Positions 16,496 through 25,127 are shown, counted from the stretch's first letter. The stretch is 64,000 nucleotides of DNA from an uncultured delta proteobacterium (GCA_963709485.1 CAVPWE010000007.1:78858-142857), one strand, 5' to 3'. The notes: generated by a model from the sequence alone, not told the origin. Numbers and translations: made by a program.

Positions 16496-17014
16496 ATGAA
16501 AGAATTACTTTCGCCATTTTTCCGTGTCGCGTGCATCGTGATCTTTCTTCACCTGATCATGGCATGTGACTCAATGCAAAAAATGTATGAAGAACGAAAT
16601 GATTCTGATCTTGCAAAGGCTAAATATTTGGGGTCGGAAGAAATCCCACAGGTTGGTGCAAAGTGCGTTTTGACCACATCTTGGCGTGAGGGCCGCCTGT
16701 ATTATATTTTCAGAGCCAGCCCCCTACTGAATCCCAAAGAGTCATTGGAAAACAAACCCCAAGAATTTATAGACAAGGTTATGGCATCAAAGCGTTTTAT
16801 AAGTTCTCTTCAACTTAGGTATGGATACCCCACCTTTACTGTTAAATTGAAAGACCAAGGTGGCTTTGAGATTGTATCCATCGTAATGGCACAACCAACA
16901 CAAATAGTCGATAACGATAATACAGCAACAGGGATAGATCAGAGATCAAGTGTCGAATGCTCCAGAAAGAAGTATCGAGATATTTCAAGTTGGGAAGTTC
17001 AATGGCGGTATTAA
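16496..17014 (+). CDS. Hypothetical lipoprotein-like protein
   Basis: The ORF track gives 16487..17014. I chose the ATG at 16496, which follows a GAGGTGG RBS. The hydrophobic N-terminus ends LIMAC, which is lipobox-like. No family recognised. Confidence 0.4.
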   Translation: MKELLSPFFRVACIVIFLHLIMACDSMQKMYEERNDSDLAKAKYLGSEEIPQVGAKCVLTTSWREGRLYYIFRASPLLNPKESLENKPQEFIDKVMASKRFISSLQLRYGYPTFTVKLKDQGGFEIVSIVMAQPTQIVDNDNTATGIDQRSSVECSRKKYRDISSWEVQWRY

Positions 17015-17168
17015 TGCGCATTAACAGGGGCAGGTAAGTCGAAGCTATTCGTTTACGGAGAAATTGAGCGGTCAGCGGTAATTCCTTTCGATGAAATCAA
17101 AATTGTGCATCAGTCGGATAAACAAAGAGAAGCATTAATATAACATATATATCAAATACTTACTCCAG

Positions 17169-17199
17169 AAAGCCGGTAATTATTCACCGGCTTTTTTAT
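17169..17199 (+). terminator. Rho-independent terminator after the island B cargo pair
   Basis: The stem pairs AGCCGGT (17171-17177) with ACCGGCT (17186-17192) and is followed by TTTTTTATTTTTTT. Confidence 0.6.
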
Positions 17200-17284
17200 T
17201 TTTTTGTTCATGCATGGGACGGTTTCCGCATTTTGCGCGCTATCATCAGATTAAGAGCAAAAAACAATTCTGGAGGCAAAGGAA

Positions 17285-17521
17285 ATGAGACAGTCAAGCG
17301 CAAATGTACCCATCTTGGACATCTATCTAACTTCATTTTTATCCCTTCACGGCATATCGCCACAATTCACAAAACAAGGTTCGCGGATCGTTTTCGAGTT
17401 TCCGGCAAGCAAGGAAGTCAACCAATTGACGCGGGCGTACAATGAAAACCCGTCCGTTCATGTCTTGGATTTTGTCCATCACCTGAGACGGATTCGCTCT
17501 CAAATGCTGTCGGCGCGCTAA
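17285..17521 (+). CDS. Small hypothetical protein (DUF5659-like)
   Basis: The 78-aa ORF follows a GGAGG RBS. The pattern LDIYLTSFLSLHGISPQFTKQGSRIVFEF resembles the DUF5659 family seen next to primases. This is recalled from memory and is weak. Confidence 0.4.
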   Translation: MRQSSANVPILDIYLTSFLSLHGISPQFTKQGSRIVFEFPASKEVNQLTRAYNENPSVHVLDFVHHLRRIRSQMLSAR

Positions 17522-17542
17522 CGGGACAGGAAGGAAACGGAA

Positions 17543-18061
17543 ATGGAAAAACCTGACATTCTTGAAACCGTGAGGCGTGAAGGCTTTGACCCGATACAGA
17601 AAGGCCGTGCCTTCTGGATGTGCTGTGCCTTCCACAATGAACGGACACCCTCTCAAAAACTTGATCCGGTGCGGCAGATGTTCTTCTGTTTCGGATGCGG
17701 CGCGCATGGGGATGCAATCACATTCATTCAGAGGCTTCACAACCTGTCATTCAAAGACGCGCTCCGCTATCTACGAATCGACAGAAACCACAAAGCCAAA
17801 ATCAAACCGGAAGTGCAAACGAAGCGTGATTTAGTCAACGGTTTCCGTCAATGGGAGCGGGATTATTATCAAGAGCTTTGCGCCGCTTCCCATGACTTCC
17901 ACAACATCAAGAAGGGCTTCAAGACGATTGAAGACGTGGAATTTTTTCAAGAGGAATTCGATTTGATGCCGGTGATTGAATGGCACATGGACATCCTTGC
18001 AAACGGAAACGATGAAGACAAATACGGGCTTTACTGCCTTGTGAAAGGGAAAGATCAATGA
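17543..18061 (+). CDS. CHC2 zinc-finger primase-like protein
   Basis: The sequence CCAFHNERTPSQKLDPVRQMFFCFGCGAHGDAITF has the DnaG/P4-alpha type CHC2 zinc-finger pattern. No TOPRIM domain is seen in this 172-aa product. Confidence 0.65.
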   Translation: MEKPDILETVRREGFDPIQKGRAFWMCCAFHNERTPSQKLDPVRQMFFCFGCGAHGDAITFIQRLHNLSFKDALRYLRIDRNHKAKIKPEVQTKRDLVNGFRQWERDYYQELCAASHDFHNIKKGFKTIEDVEFFQEEFDLMPVIEWHMDILANGNDEDKYGLYCLVKGKDQ

Positions 18062-19341
18062 CGTTTGAACTGGCAGAAACACTATTTCGAGACACACACG
18101 AAAAAGAAGAAACCATCACCCTAAACGGCGATTCATCGTCATGGCCTGCCCCTATCGATGAAGCGGCCTATCAGGGGCTTGCCGGTGAAATCGTCAAGGC
18201 GATTGAACCGCACACGGAGGCCGATCCTGTTGCAATCCTGATTCAAACCTTGACGTTCTTCGGCAACATCATCGGGGACGGGCCGCATTTCAGAGTAGAG
18301 GCAGACCGTCACCCTTTACGGCTTTTTTCCGTGATTGTCGGGCAGTCCAGCAAGTCGCGCAAGGGAACATCGGAAGGAATTGTGAAACGGCTTTTTCACG
18401 ACATCGATGAAGAATGGGCGCGCGAGCGGATCAAGGGCGGGCTGTCAAGCGGCGAAGGGCTTGCTTACCATGTGCGCGATGCGGGGACAATTGGCAAATA
18501 TGAAGACTCCGGCGTAAGTGACAAGCGGCTTCTTGTGTGTGAAAGCGAGTTTGCAAGCGTCTTGAAAAGCGCAAGCCGTGACGGAAACATCCTGTCACCT
18601 GTGATTCGGCAGGCATGGGACACCGGCAATCTTCAGACGTTGACAAAGAACAATCCCGTCAAGGCAACCGGCGCGCACGTTTCCATAAGCGCGCACATCA
18701 CGGAAGACGAATTGAGACGATACCTGTCACAAACGGAAATGTTCAATGGCTTCGGAAATCGATTCATTTGGCTTTGCGTGAAGCGTTCAAAGGTTTTGCC
18801 GGAAGGCGGGATGATCCATCAAATGGACTTAAGCTCTCTGAGCGACAGAATTCGTGATGCTGTCCAATTTGCAAAGCGCGTTGATGAAATCACACGGGAT
18901 GAGGAATCGCGTGAAATCTGGAAAAGCATTTATGAAGAACTTTCGGAAGGGAAGCGGGGATTGATAGGGGCGATCCTTTCCAGAGCGGAAGCGCAAGTCA
19001 TGCGCCTTTCGTGCGTCTATGCTTTGATGGATCGTTCAAGGGTTGTGCGGGCTGAGCATCTTCACGCCGCTCTTGCCCTGTGGGATTACGCTGAAGCGTC
19101 CGTCAATTACATTTTTAGAGGCAAGACGGGGGATGAAGTGGCAGACCGGATTCATCAAGCATTGAGCGAGTCTGAAAATGGGTTGACACGGACAGATATC
19201 AATAATCTTTTCGGAGGACACAAAAGCACAGAGCGGATTGATGAAGCTCTGGAGCTTTTGAAAACATACAAGAAGATAAATATCCGCAAACAGGACACCG
19301 GAGGACGACCGACAGAGAGAATCTTTCGGGGTGCGGAATAA
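18058..19341 (+). CDS. DUF3987 (YfjI-like) protein, putative replication/helicase-loader partner of the primase
   Basis: The 427-aa ORF overlaps the primase ORF by ATGA. The N-terminus PAPIDEAAYQGLAGEIVKAIEPHTEADPVAILIQTLTFFGN is typical of DUF3987 proteins, which pair with CHC2 primases in integrative elements. Confidence 0.55.
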   Translation: MTFELAETLFRDTHEKEETITLNGDSSSWPAPIDEAAYQGLAGEIVKAIEPHTEADPVAILIQTLTFFGNIIGDGPHFRVEADRHPLRLFSVIVGQSSKSRKGTSEGIVKRLFHDIDEEWARERIKGGLSSGEGLAYHVRDAGTIGKYEDSGVSDKRLLVCESEFASVLKSASRDGNILSPVIRQAWDTGNLQTLTKNNPVKATGAHVSISAHITEDELRRYLSQTEMFNGFGNRFIWLCVKRSKVLPEGGMIHQMDLSSLSDRIRDAVQFAKRVDEITRDEESREIWKSIYEELSEGKRGLIGAILSRAEAQVMRLSCVYALMDRSRVVRAEHLHAALALWDYAEASVNYIFRGKTGDEVADRIHQALSESENGLTRTDINNLFGGHKSTERIDEALELLKTYKKINIRKQDTGGRPTERIFRGAE

Positions 19342-19419
19342 GCGGAGAAAGCGGAATAAGACTTACTGTTGATACTTTTTCCTCATAATCCGCTTTTTCC
19401 GCAAGGAAGGGATGAAATC

Positions 19420-19767
19420 ATGGGCTATCTGCAATTGGCTTTGAAGGCAGTCAAACCGACAATCACAGGGAACGAAAAAAGGGAGGAATCGAAAATCAGG
19501 CTTGTCAAGACCATGACGGAGGCGCGCCGTCAAAGCCTTGAAGATGCGATGACGGAAATCCTTGTAAGCGCACGAGACAGGATCACCGCAAGATACGCAG
19601 GGGGACAATACACGGCAACGCATGAAATCCGGCAGGCAGAAACCGCTATTGATACACTTTACCATGAAGTCATTGCCGGTGAAGCGGGAATTGATGACTT
19701 CGGCAAGGCCGTTAGGCAATGGGAAGGGCTTTGCTTAAGGTTTAGAGACTTAAGGAACGGAGGGTAA
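19420..19767 (+). CDS. Hypothetical protein
   Basis: The ORF track gives 19369..19767. I chose the ATG at 19420, which follows an AAGGAAGGG RBS. No family recognised. Confidence 0.35.
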   Translation: MGYLQLALKAVKPTITGNEKREESKIRLVKTMTEARRQSLEDAMTEILVSARDRITARYAGGQYTATHEIRQAETAIDTLYHEVIAGEAGIDDFGKAVRQWEGLCLRFRDLRNGG

Positions 19768-19773
19768 ACTAAC

Positions 19774-20373
19774 ATGCGAAAAGTGAACGATACCGAACTA
19801 ATCAAAATGATTGAATCCGGCATGACACAACGGCAGGCGGCAGAGCATTTCGGTGTTACGGAAGGGGCAATCTCTCAGCGGGTAAAGCGTCTCAAATCAC
19901 AAAGACCGCCTGAGAGCTTCGAAAGGCTGACGGACAAAGAGAAGGGCTTTGTCTTGGCAAAAGTCGAAGGCAAATCGAATCTGGAAGCCGTCAAGGCATC
20001 TTATGATTGCACATCGAATGAGAGCGCGAAGGCGTTGGGAACTAAACTCATGAAAGACCCTGACATTTCCGAGTGCATCCATGATCTGTTGCATCAAGAG
20101 GGAATCGGCAGGCGCAGACGGGTTCAGAGGCTTCGGGATTTGATTGAATCCGGCAACATGACGGATGTCGGCAGGGGTCTGGACATGGCCAACAAAATGA
20201 CCGGGTCGTATGCGCCGATTGAAGTGAAAACGGATGTCTCCATTCTGGTCGAGGAAATTTTGCGAGTAAGAGATGAAATGGAGCCGTGGAAAAGCCAGGG
20301 GGAAAAGTTTCTTGCTGACAAGGCATCACAGGAAAATGATTCTGTGATCGATATTCAACCGGAAGAAACTTAA
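19774..20373 (+). CDS. Terminase small-subunit-like protein with extra N-terminal HTH
   Basis: LTDKEKGFVLAKVEGKSNLEAVKASYDCTSNESAKALGTKLMKDPDISECI follows the Terminase_2 pattern (LT.ke..F...Y....N...A...AGY......A......LL.n..I). It is preceded by the HTH GMTQRQAAEHFGVTEGAISQRVKRL. Confidence 0.5.
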   Translation: MRKVNDTELIKMIESGMTQRQAAEHFGVTEGAISQRVKRLKSQRPPESFERLTDKEKGFVLAKVEGKSNLEAVKASYDCTSNESAKALGTKLMKDPDISECIHDLLHQEGIGRRRRVQRLRDLIESGNMTDVGRGLDMANKMTGSYAPIEVKTDVSILVEEILRVRDEMEPWKSQGEKFLADKASQENDSVIDIQPEET

Positions 20374-20503
20374 GTCTTTTCAAAGTCGGGGGGGGAATAT
20401 TGACCGCACATGACGATATTCGAGCATACCGGCATCCCCCCCTGTCGCCGGTGTACGGCAGGGACAAATAAGGGATTCCTTAAACTGAATTTGAAAGGAA
20501 GGA

Positions 20504-20854
20504 ATGACGAATCGAATGACAGATGACAGCGCGAATCAGTCCTTGATGATTCAAACGCTTATTCCTCAGCAGACCATCCAGACCATCATCGATATGACGG
20601 CAGAGAAAGTCTTTCGGATGGTCAGACCGCTTCTGTGCCCATCCTCAAACACAGACGAAATCTTTGACGTGAAAGGACTTGCCGCATATCTGAAAAGCAC
20701 GGAGGCATGGATAAGGGAACAGGCGCGCAACGGAAACATTCCCTGTTTCAAGAGCGGCAAGCAATGGAAATTCCGCAAGCGGCAGATCGACAAACTCTAT
20801 CAATCACGCGCTTTGCTTCCGGTTTCAACGGCGAGCATCAAAGCCAGAGGATAA
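20504..20854 (+). CDS. Excisionase-family (MerR-like) HTH DNA-binding protein
   Basis: FDVKGLAAYLKSTEAWIREQARNGNIPCFKSGKQWKFRKRQIDKL fits the excisionase/AlpA-type helix-turn-helix pattern. Confidence 0.5.
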   Translation: MTNRMTDDSANQSLMIQTLIPQQTIQTIIDMTAEKVFRMVRPLLCPSSNTDEIFDVKGLAAYLKSTEAWIREQARNGNIPCFKSGKQWKFRKRQIDKLYQSRALLPVSTASIKARG

Positions 20855-20953
20855 GCGGCAAACGGATATTGTGTCCGTTATATGCTGAGAATAATCTTGA
20901 ATAGTCAGTCACTTGCAAAATGCTGTGAATTAAATTGTGAACAAAAAAACTTC

Positions 20954-20982
20954 TTGACAAATGCTAACTGAGTTATTACACT
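20954..20982 (+). promoter_or_regulatory. Sigma-70-type promoter giving a probably leaderless XRE transcript
   Basis: TTGACA (20954-20959) is followed by a 17-nt spacer and then TACACT (20977-20982). Only 6 nt separate the -10 hexamer from the ATG at 20989, and there is no Shine-Dalgarno sequence. Confidence 0.4.
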
Positions 20983-20988
20983 AAAGCC

Positions 20989-21189
20989 ATGAAGAATTGG
21001 ACACCGGAAGAAATCAAGGCGCTCAGGAAACGGTTAGGCCTATCGCAAGCCATGTTCGGCAAGCGCATAGGGATCACACGGCAACATGTCTATTACCTTG
21101 AAAGGGGGGAGCGCACGGCAAGCAAAACTTTAATGTTGTTATTGGATTACATTGAAAACGACAAGGGAAAGGAGAGTCAAGATGATTGA
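20989..21189 (+). CDS. XRE-family HTH transcriptional regulator
   Basis: In the 66-aa product, IKALRKRLGLSQAMFGKRIGITRQHVYYLERGER is a canonical Cro/CI-type HTH. Confidence 0.8.
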   Translation: MKNWTPEEIKALRKRLGLSQAMFGKRIGITRQHVYYLERGERTASKTLMLLLDYIENDKGKESQDD

Positions 21190-21391
21190 ACATGGTTCAT
21201 TCTATCAGTTTATGAAATGGACTTTTTCATTAATACCAATTTTCATTGCAGGGCTTGTTTCTGAAAATTCGTTGGTGTGGATAGCGGCATATGGAGTGTT
21301 CATCGTTACTTTTGGTCTAATAGTTATTTCAGAACAATTAGAAAATTTGATTCACTTGGAGGTAAAAGAAAATGGCAAAGGGAATTTATAA
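21182..21391 (+). CDS. Small two-TM membrane protein
   Basis: This is the internal ATG of ORF 21152..21391 and follows an AAGGAGAG RBS. The product MIEHGSFYQFMKWTFSLIPIFIAGLV...WIAAYGVFIVTFGLIVI has two hydrophobic spans. The ORF overlaps the XRE stop and the integrase start. Confidence 0.4.
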   Translation: MIEHGSFYQFMKWTFSLIPIFIAGLVSENSLVWIAAYGVFIVTFGLIVISEQLENLIHLEVKENGKGNL

Positions 21392-22472
21392 GCGCGGGCA
21401 CGTCTTCTGGATTGCCTATGCCTCGCTTGATGGAAAGGTTGTCCGTGAATCATCGAAATCGGAAAGATTCAAGGATGCCGAGACCCTTCTAATCAAGCGG
21501 CGGCAGTCTGTCAGAGAAGGGAAGATGCCGGAGATAAAACGGATCGGCAACCATTCATTCAATGATCTTGTGAAAGATTATCTGAAATTTGCCGAAAGAC
21601 AACGCGCTTTCAAGCAGAAAGAGCTTGTCATAAATCAGCTTAAAGAACGATTCGGGCAGTTACCGTTAAGACGATTCGACACAAGGCTTATTGAGACTTA
21701 TCAAAATCAGAAGAGATTGCAGACTGGGAACAAACCGGCAACGATCAACCGTCATGTTGCAACCATCAAGCATATGTTCACAAAGGCCGTTGAGTGGGAC
21801 ATGGTAGAGGAAGACACCTTGAAACGGATCAGACGGGCAAAACTGCTTGAGGAAAACAATAGACGGCTTCGCTATCTGTCAACGGAAGAATGTCAAACCC
21901 TGATTGATGCCTGTGACAAGCATCTGAAACACTTGAAGCCGATTGTTGTCATGGCCTTGAACACCGGCATGAGGAAAGGAGAAATCCTGAATTTGAAATG
22001 GGATGACGTTGACATGAAGCACGGCTTCATACTTCTATCCCATACAAAGAACGGAGAACGGCGGGAAATCCCGATCAATCCGACTTTGAAGGCACACCTT
22101 GAAGAATTATTCAAAGGGACTGTAAAGAGACCCCGGAAAATCAATGTGCCCTTTGTCTTCTATGACTATACAACCGAGAAACCATATAAAAACGTTCATA
22201 ATTCGTTTGTGTCGGCTTGCAAGAAGGCGAATATACGGGATTTCAGATTTCACGATCTGAGGCATACCTTTTCAAGTCAGCTTGTCATGGCAGGAATCGA
22301 TATTACAACCGTCAAGGAATTGTTAGGTCACAAGACCCTAACCATGACCCTCAGATATGCCCATCTTGCACCCTCTCACAAAGTCAAGGCCGTTGATATT
22401 CTGGATCAGGCCTTGAGCACTTCGCGAACTTCACAATTACTTCACAAAAAAGAAGGGATTGCAAATGAATAA
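21372..22472 (+). CDS. int: Tyrosine-type site-specific integrase (island B)
   Basis: The 366-aa product has the N-terminus MAKGIYKRGHVFWIAY. The catalytic region contains HDLRHTF, LLGHKTLTMTLRYAHL and the catalytic Tyr. The stop lies 23 nt before tRNA-fragment copy 3. Confidence 0.9.
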   Translation: MAKGIYKRGHVFWIAYASLDGKVVRESSKSERFKDAETLLIKRRQSVREGKMPEIKRIGNHSFNDLVKDYLKFAERQRAFKQKELVINQLKERFGQLPLRRFDTRLIETYQNQKRLQTGNKPATINRHVATIKHMFTKAVEWDMVEEDTLKRIRRAKLLEENNRRLRYLSTEECQTLIDACDKHLKHLKPIVVMALNTGMRKGEILNLKWDDVDMKHGFILLSHTKNGERREIPINPTLKAHLEELFKGTVKRPRKINVPFVFYDYTTEKPYKNVHNSFVSACKKANIRDFRFHDLRHTFSSQLVMAGIDITTVKELLGHKTLTMTLRYAHLAPSHKVKAVDILDQALSTSRTSQLLHKKEGIANE

Positions 22473-22495
22473 CACTTGCAACCCCTTGATTTCGT

Positions 22496-22542
22496 TGGTG
22501 GGCCGTGTGAGGATTGAACTCACGACCAACGGATTAAAAGTC
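22496..22542 (-). repeat. Partial tRNA-Lys copy 3 (junction between islands B and C)
   Basis: TGGTGGGCCGTGTGAGGATTGAACTCACGACCAACGGATTAAAAGTC is identical to 33073-33119. Confidence 0.9.
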
Positions 22543-22627
22543 AGTCGTTTCAAGCTGTTATAATTCAGCTTTTTCTATTCATAGCGTGGACACGGCTTTG
22601 ATATTCAAAGCGAATATGTGGACACGA

Positions 22628-23719
22628 TCACTTCCCGCCGGTCAACTTCCCGAGGACATCCGCCGCCTGCTCCAGGTGCTTTCCCGCAACATGAGTGTAG
22701 AACTCGGTCGTCGTGATCGCCTTGTGGCCGAGAAACTTCTGGACGATCCGGGAGCTGATCCCGGAAGCCATCAGGTGCGTCGCACATGAATGTCGGAACA
22801 GATGAGGCGTCACGCGCTTCGTGATCCTCGCATCCTTACATATCCGCCGGAGGGCTGTTCGGATGTCGTAAACGGGCTTCCCTGATCGTCCAGAAAGAAA
22901 GATATAGTCCTCGGCTTGCGACGTTTGCCCAGGAGCGGCGATCTCCATGAGGGAGGACAGCAGGGCCGGGGTCAAAAGGAGCAGCTTGAAACTGCCGCCT
23001 TTTTGCTTGACGGTCAAAGTCCGGTTGTCGATGTCGATGTCCTGACGGCGGATGTTCCTGGCCTCGTTCATCCTCAAGCCGAGTCCGTATAAGCACAGGA
23101 TCAACGCCCGGTGCGTCGGGCCTGCCGCCTCAAGTATCCTGACAATCTCATCGGGTGACAGCACCATCGGGATCGGGCGGGACTCCGGGAGCTTGCTGAT
23201 CTTTAAGATCGGGACGGACATATTTTTCTCGGTCCGGCACCATTTCAAGAATCCTCTAAAATAATCCAGTTCCTTGTTTACGGTGCGGCCTGACGGGGCC
23301 TGTCGCGGGACTTTCTCCCGGGCCTTGACCTTGACCTTGTTTCGTGTCTGCTCGGCCTTGCGGAGCTTCTGGTACAGCGACAAATGCTCGTTTGTGAGTC
23401 CTTCGATCCGCTTGTCCCCGAGCAGCCGGGACAGGTGGGCGTCGTATGTCAGATCGACATCCTTCCATGTCCAGGGGCGCGATGGAGTTTGTACCACTGG
23501 AGATATTCGGGAAAGAGATCATCGACCAGGGCGGACCGATCAGGCGGTCTGTTGCCGAGCTTTGCGGCCCGGTGCATGGACTTTATGTCCCGCTCGTATT
23601 GCTCGGCCTCCGCACGGTCCGTGATCTCCGGGGGCAGGGGCAGCCGGACGCGGCGGCCATGGCGTCCACCGAGGCAATAGTCGATCACAGAGCGGATCTT
23701 TATGCCAGTTTACGGCCAT
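22628..23719 (-). pseudogene. int: Tyrosine integrase of island C, reading frame broken once or twice
   Basis: The catalytic part is ORF 22628..23497 (HLFRHSCATHL, LGHKAITTTEFYTHV). The N-terminal SAM-like part is ORF 23449..23688 (...DDLFPEYLQWYKLHRAP). The two frames join if one C is added to the C4 run at 23474-23477 (G4 on the plus strand). A possible upstream ATG at 23719 (MAVNWHKDPL) is in a third frame. Confidence 0.7.
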
Positions 23720-23735
23720 GATTGTGTTCCTGATT

Positions 23736-23770
23736 CAGATGGGCGGAACCGTTCCGCCCATCTGTTTTTG
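23736..23770 (+). terminator. Perfect 14-bp palindrome followed by T5 (terminator-like in plus orientation) just upstream of the island C integrase start
   Basis: CAGATGGGCGGAAC (23736-23749), a single C, then GTTCCGCCCATCTG (23751-23764), then TTTTT (23765-23769). Confidence 0.45.
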
Positions 23771-24628
23771 CCGCGTTCAAGTTTCCTGACTGCCCCCCCC
23801 ATGCAGAGGCCAAGCTGGGGGATATTGCCGAAGGCGATACCGAAGCCTAAATTAAGCAAGGCCATCAATGGTTCACTGCGGGCACTATCACCCTGCCCCC
23901 TGGCGTGTCCAAGCAGACATCCACCGGGCGCAGACCATCGGCAAATCCGACATCGTGTCATTTTTCATATAACATAAATTTATTGAAAAATATCTGACTT
24001 TCTTTTAATGCGCTTTATTAAGTAATCAACTCAATCAATAGAGGGGCTTGACTTGAAATCTGAATTTTAATCTTGACGTTGCAAAGGGGTTACAGATCGA
24101 GCGGGGCCGTTTCCGTGAATGGGTTGTCAACGAATACATCAAACCATCCGTCAAGGCGTCGGGGGCGGGAACGCGGGCCGTTTTCACACTGCAAGACGTT
24201 TATCTGATCGCCCTGTTCCTGCATCTGATCGAGTACGGATTCAACCGTGCATCCGCCGGGGCTTTTGTGAATGACTTCGCTGAAAAAATCAAATCGGAGA
24301 AGAAAAGGGGAGTTTACCCGGAAACCGTCTATATCGTTTTTCGCGATGGGGAAGTTGAACGCTTCGGGCCTGGACCGTGGAAGCTTGACGTTCAGTCGTT
24401 CACTATTGATTGGGCGTCTTTCAAACCCCAAATTCGCAGTGACGGGGAAAGAGTGTCAGTTTCCGGCGGGCAACATGGACGTGCAAGTGAAAAAGGATGA
24501 GGATTGGAAGTCTGGACACGTCGTGAACTTTGGGGCATTGCGGCGAGAGGTCGATGCGGCAATGGAGAAGATTTAATTTTTTTTGCCAGAGATATTAAGC
24601 AAGTTGCTTAATGCACAAGGGGGTTGAA

Positions 24629-24838
24629 ATGGAAAGGGCAATTTTGTGGCCGTTGAAAATAGCGATCACGGAAAAGTTTAAGAGTCAATTCCAGTTCGCG
24701 CAGCACATGGGCGAACATGAATCGACCGTCTCCCGGGTTGTCCGGGGGGCGCATGAGCTTGACCAGGAGGACCAACGAGCCTGGGCCGAAGCCCTGGGCG
24801 AGAATTACGAGGCGTTATTCTGTGAGCGCAAGCCCTAA
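24629..24838 (+). CDS. Small HTH regulatory protein (XRE-like)
   Basis: The ORF track gives 24611..24838. I chose the ATG at 24629, which follows an AAGGGGG RBS. SQFQFAQHMGEHESTVSRVVRGAHEL fits a Cro/CI-type HTH. Confidence 0.55.
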   Translation: MERAILWPLKIAITEKFKSQFQFAQHMGEHESTVSRVVRGAHELDQEDQRAWAEALGENYEALFCERKP

Positions 24839-25127
24839 CATCGAGTCCCGCCTGGCAAAGATCGAATCCCTGCTGGAGGAGCTTCTCGGCCTCATGGCCG
24901 GACAGCAGCCGCCGGGGAGGTACGAGTACGAGCGGGCCTTGAAAGAGGCCAGCAGGGGCAACAGGAAGCCGTTGTATGAATACATCGCGAAGGGAGGGCG
25001 ACCAGGTGGAATCAGCGATTGACAGATTTTTTCAGATTCTTGACCAAACTTCTACATGGGGAACTTTGGTCACCGGGGCCGTGGCGGTGATCTGGATCAT
25101 CATGCCGGTGGTGGTGCGGTGAATACC

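Larger units (their letters stand above)
15712..22495. mobile_element. Island B: apparently intact tRNA-Lys integrative element with satellite-like (P4/PICI-type) gene set
   Basis: The island is bounded by tRNA-fragment copies 2 and 3. All ORFs are on the plus strand, with no visible frame breaks. An intact integrase abuts copy 3, and the motif ACTTCACA is reiterated near both ends. Confidence 0.75.

Noticed and set aside
23710-23961. 83-aa minus-strand ORF upstream of the island C integrase, which could be a regulator or Xis.
   Set aside because: I recognise no family. A better-looking start (MKNDTMSDLP..., ATG near 23975) is in another frame, and a C8 run at 23793-23800 lies inside the ORF. 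It is likely a broken gene, but I cannot support a call.
24090-24576. Competing ORFs in island C: minus-strand 24090-24431 (113 aa), and plus-strand 24267-24500 and 24271-24576.
   Set aside because: The plus frame reads like a real protein from ~24103 (IERGRFREWVVNEYIKPSVKASGAGTRAVFTLQDVYLIALFLHLIEYGF...). However, it has no ATG, GTG or TTG start upstream of 24267, and it switches frame near 24470. It is probably another decayed gene, too uncertain to list as a feature. The minus-strand ORF is its shadow.
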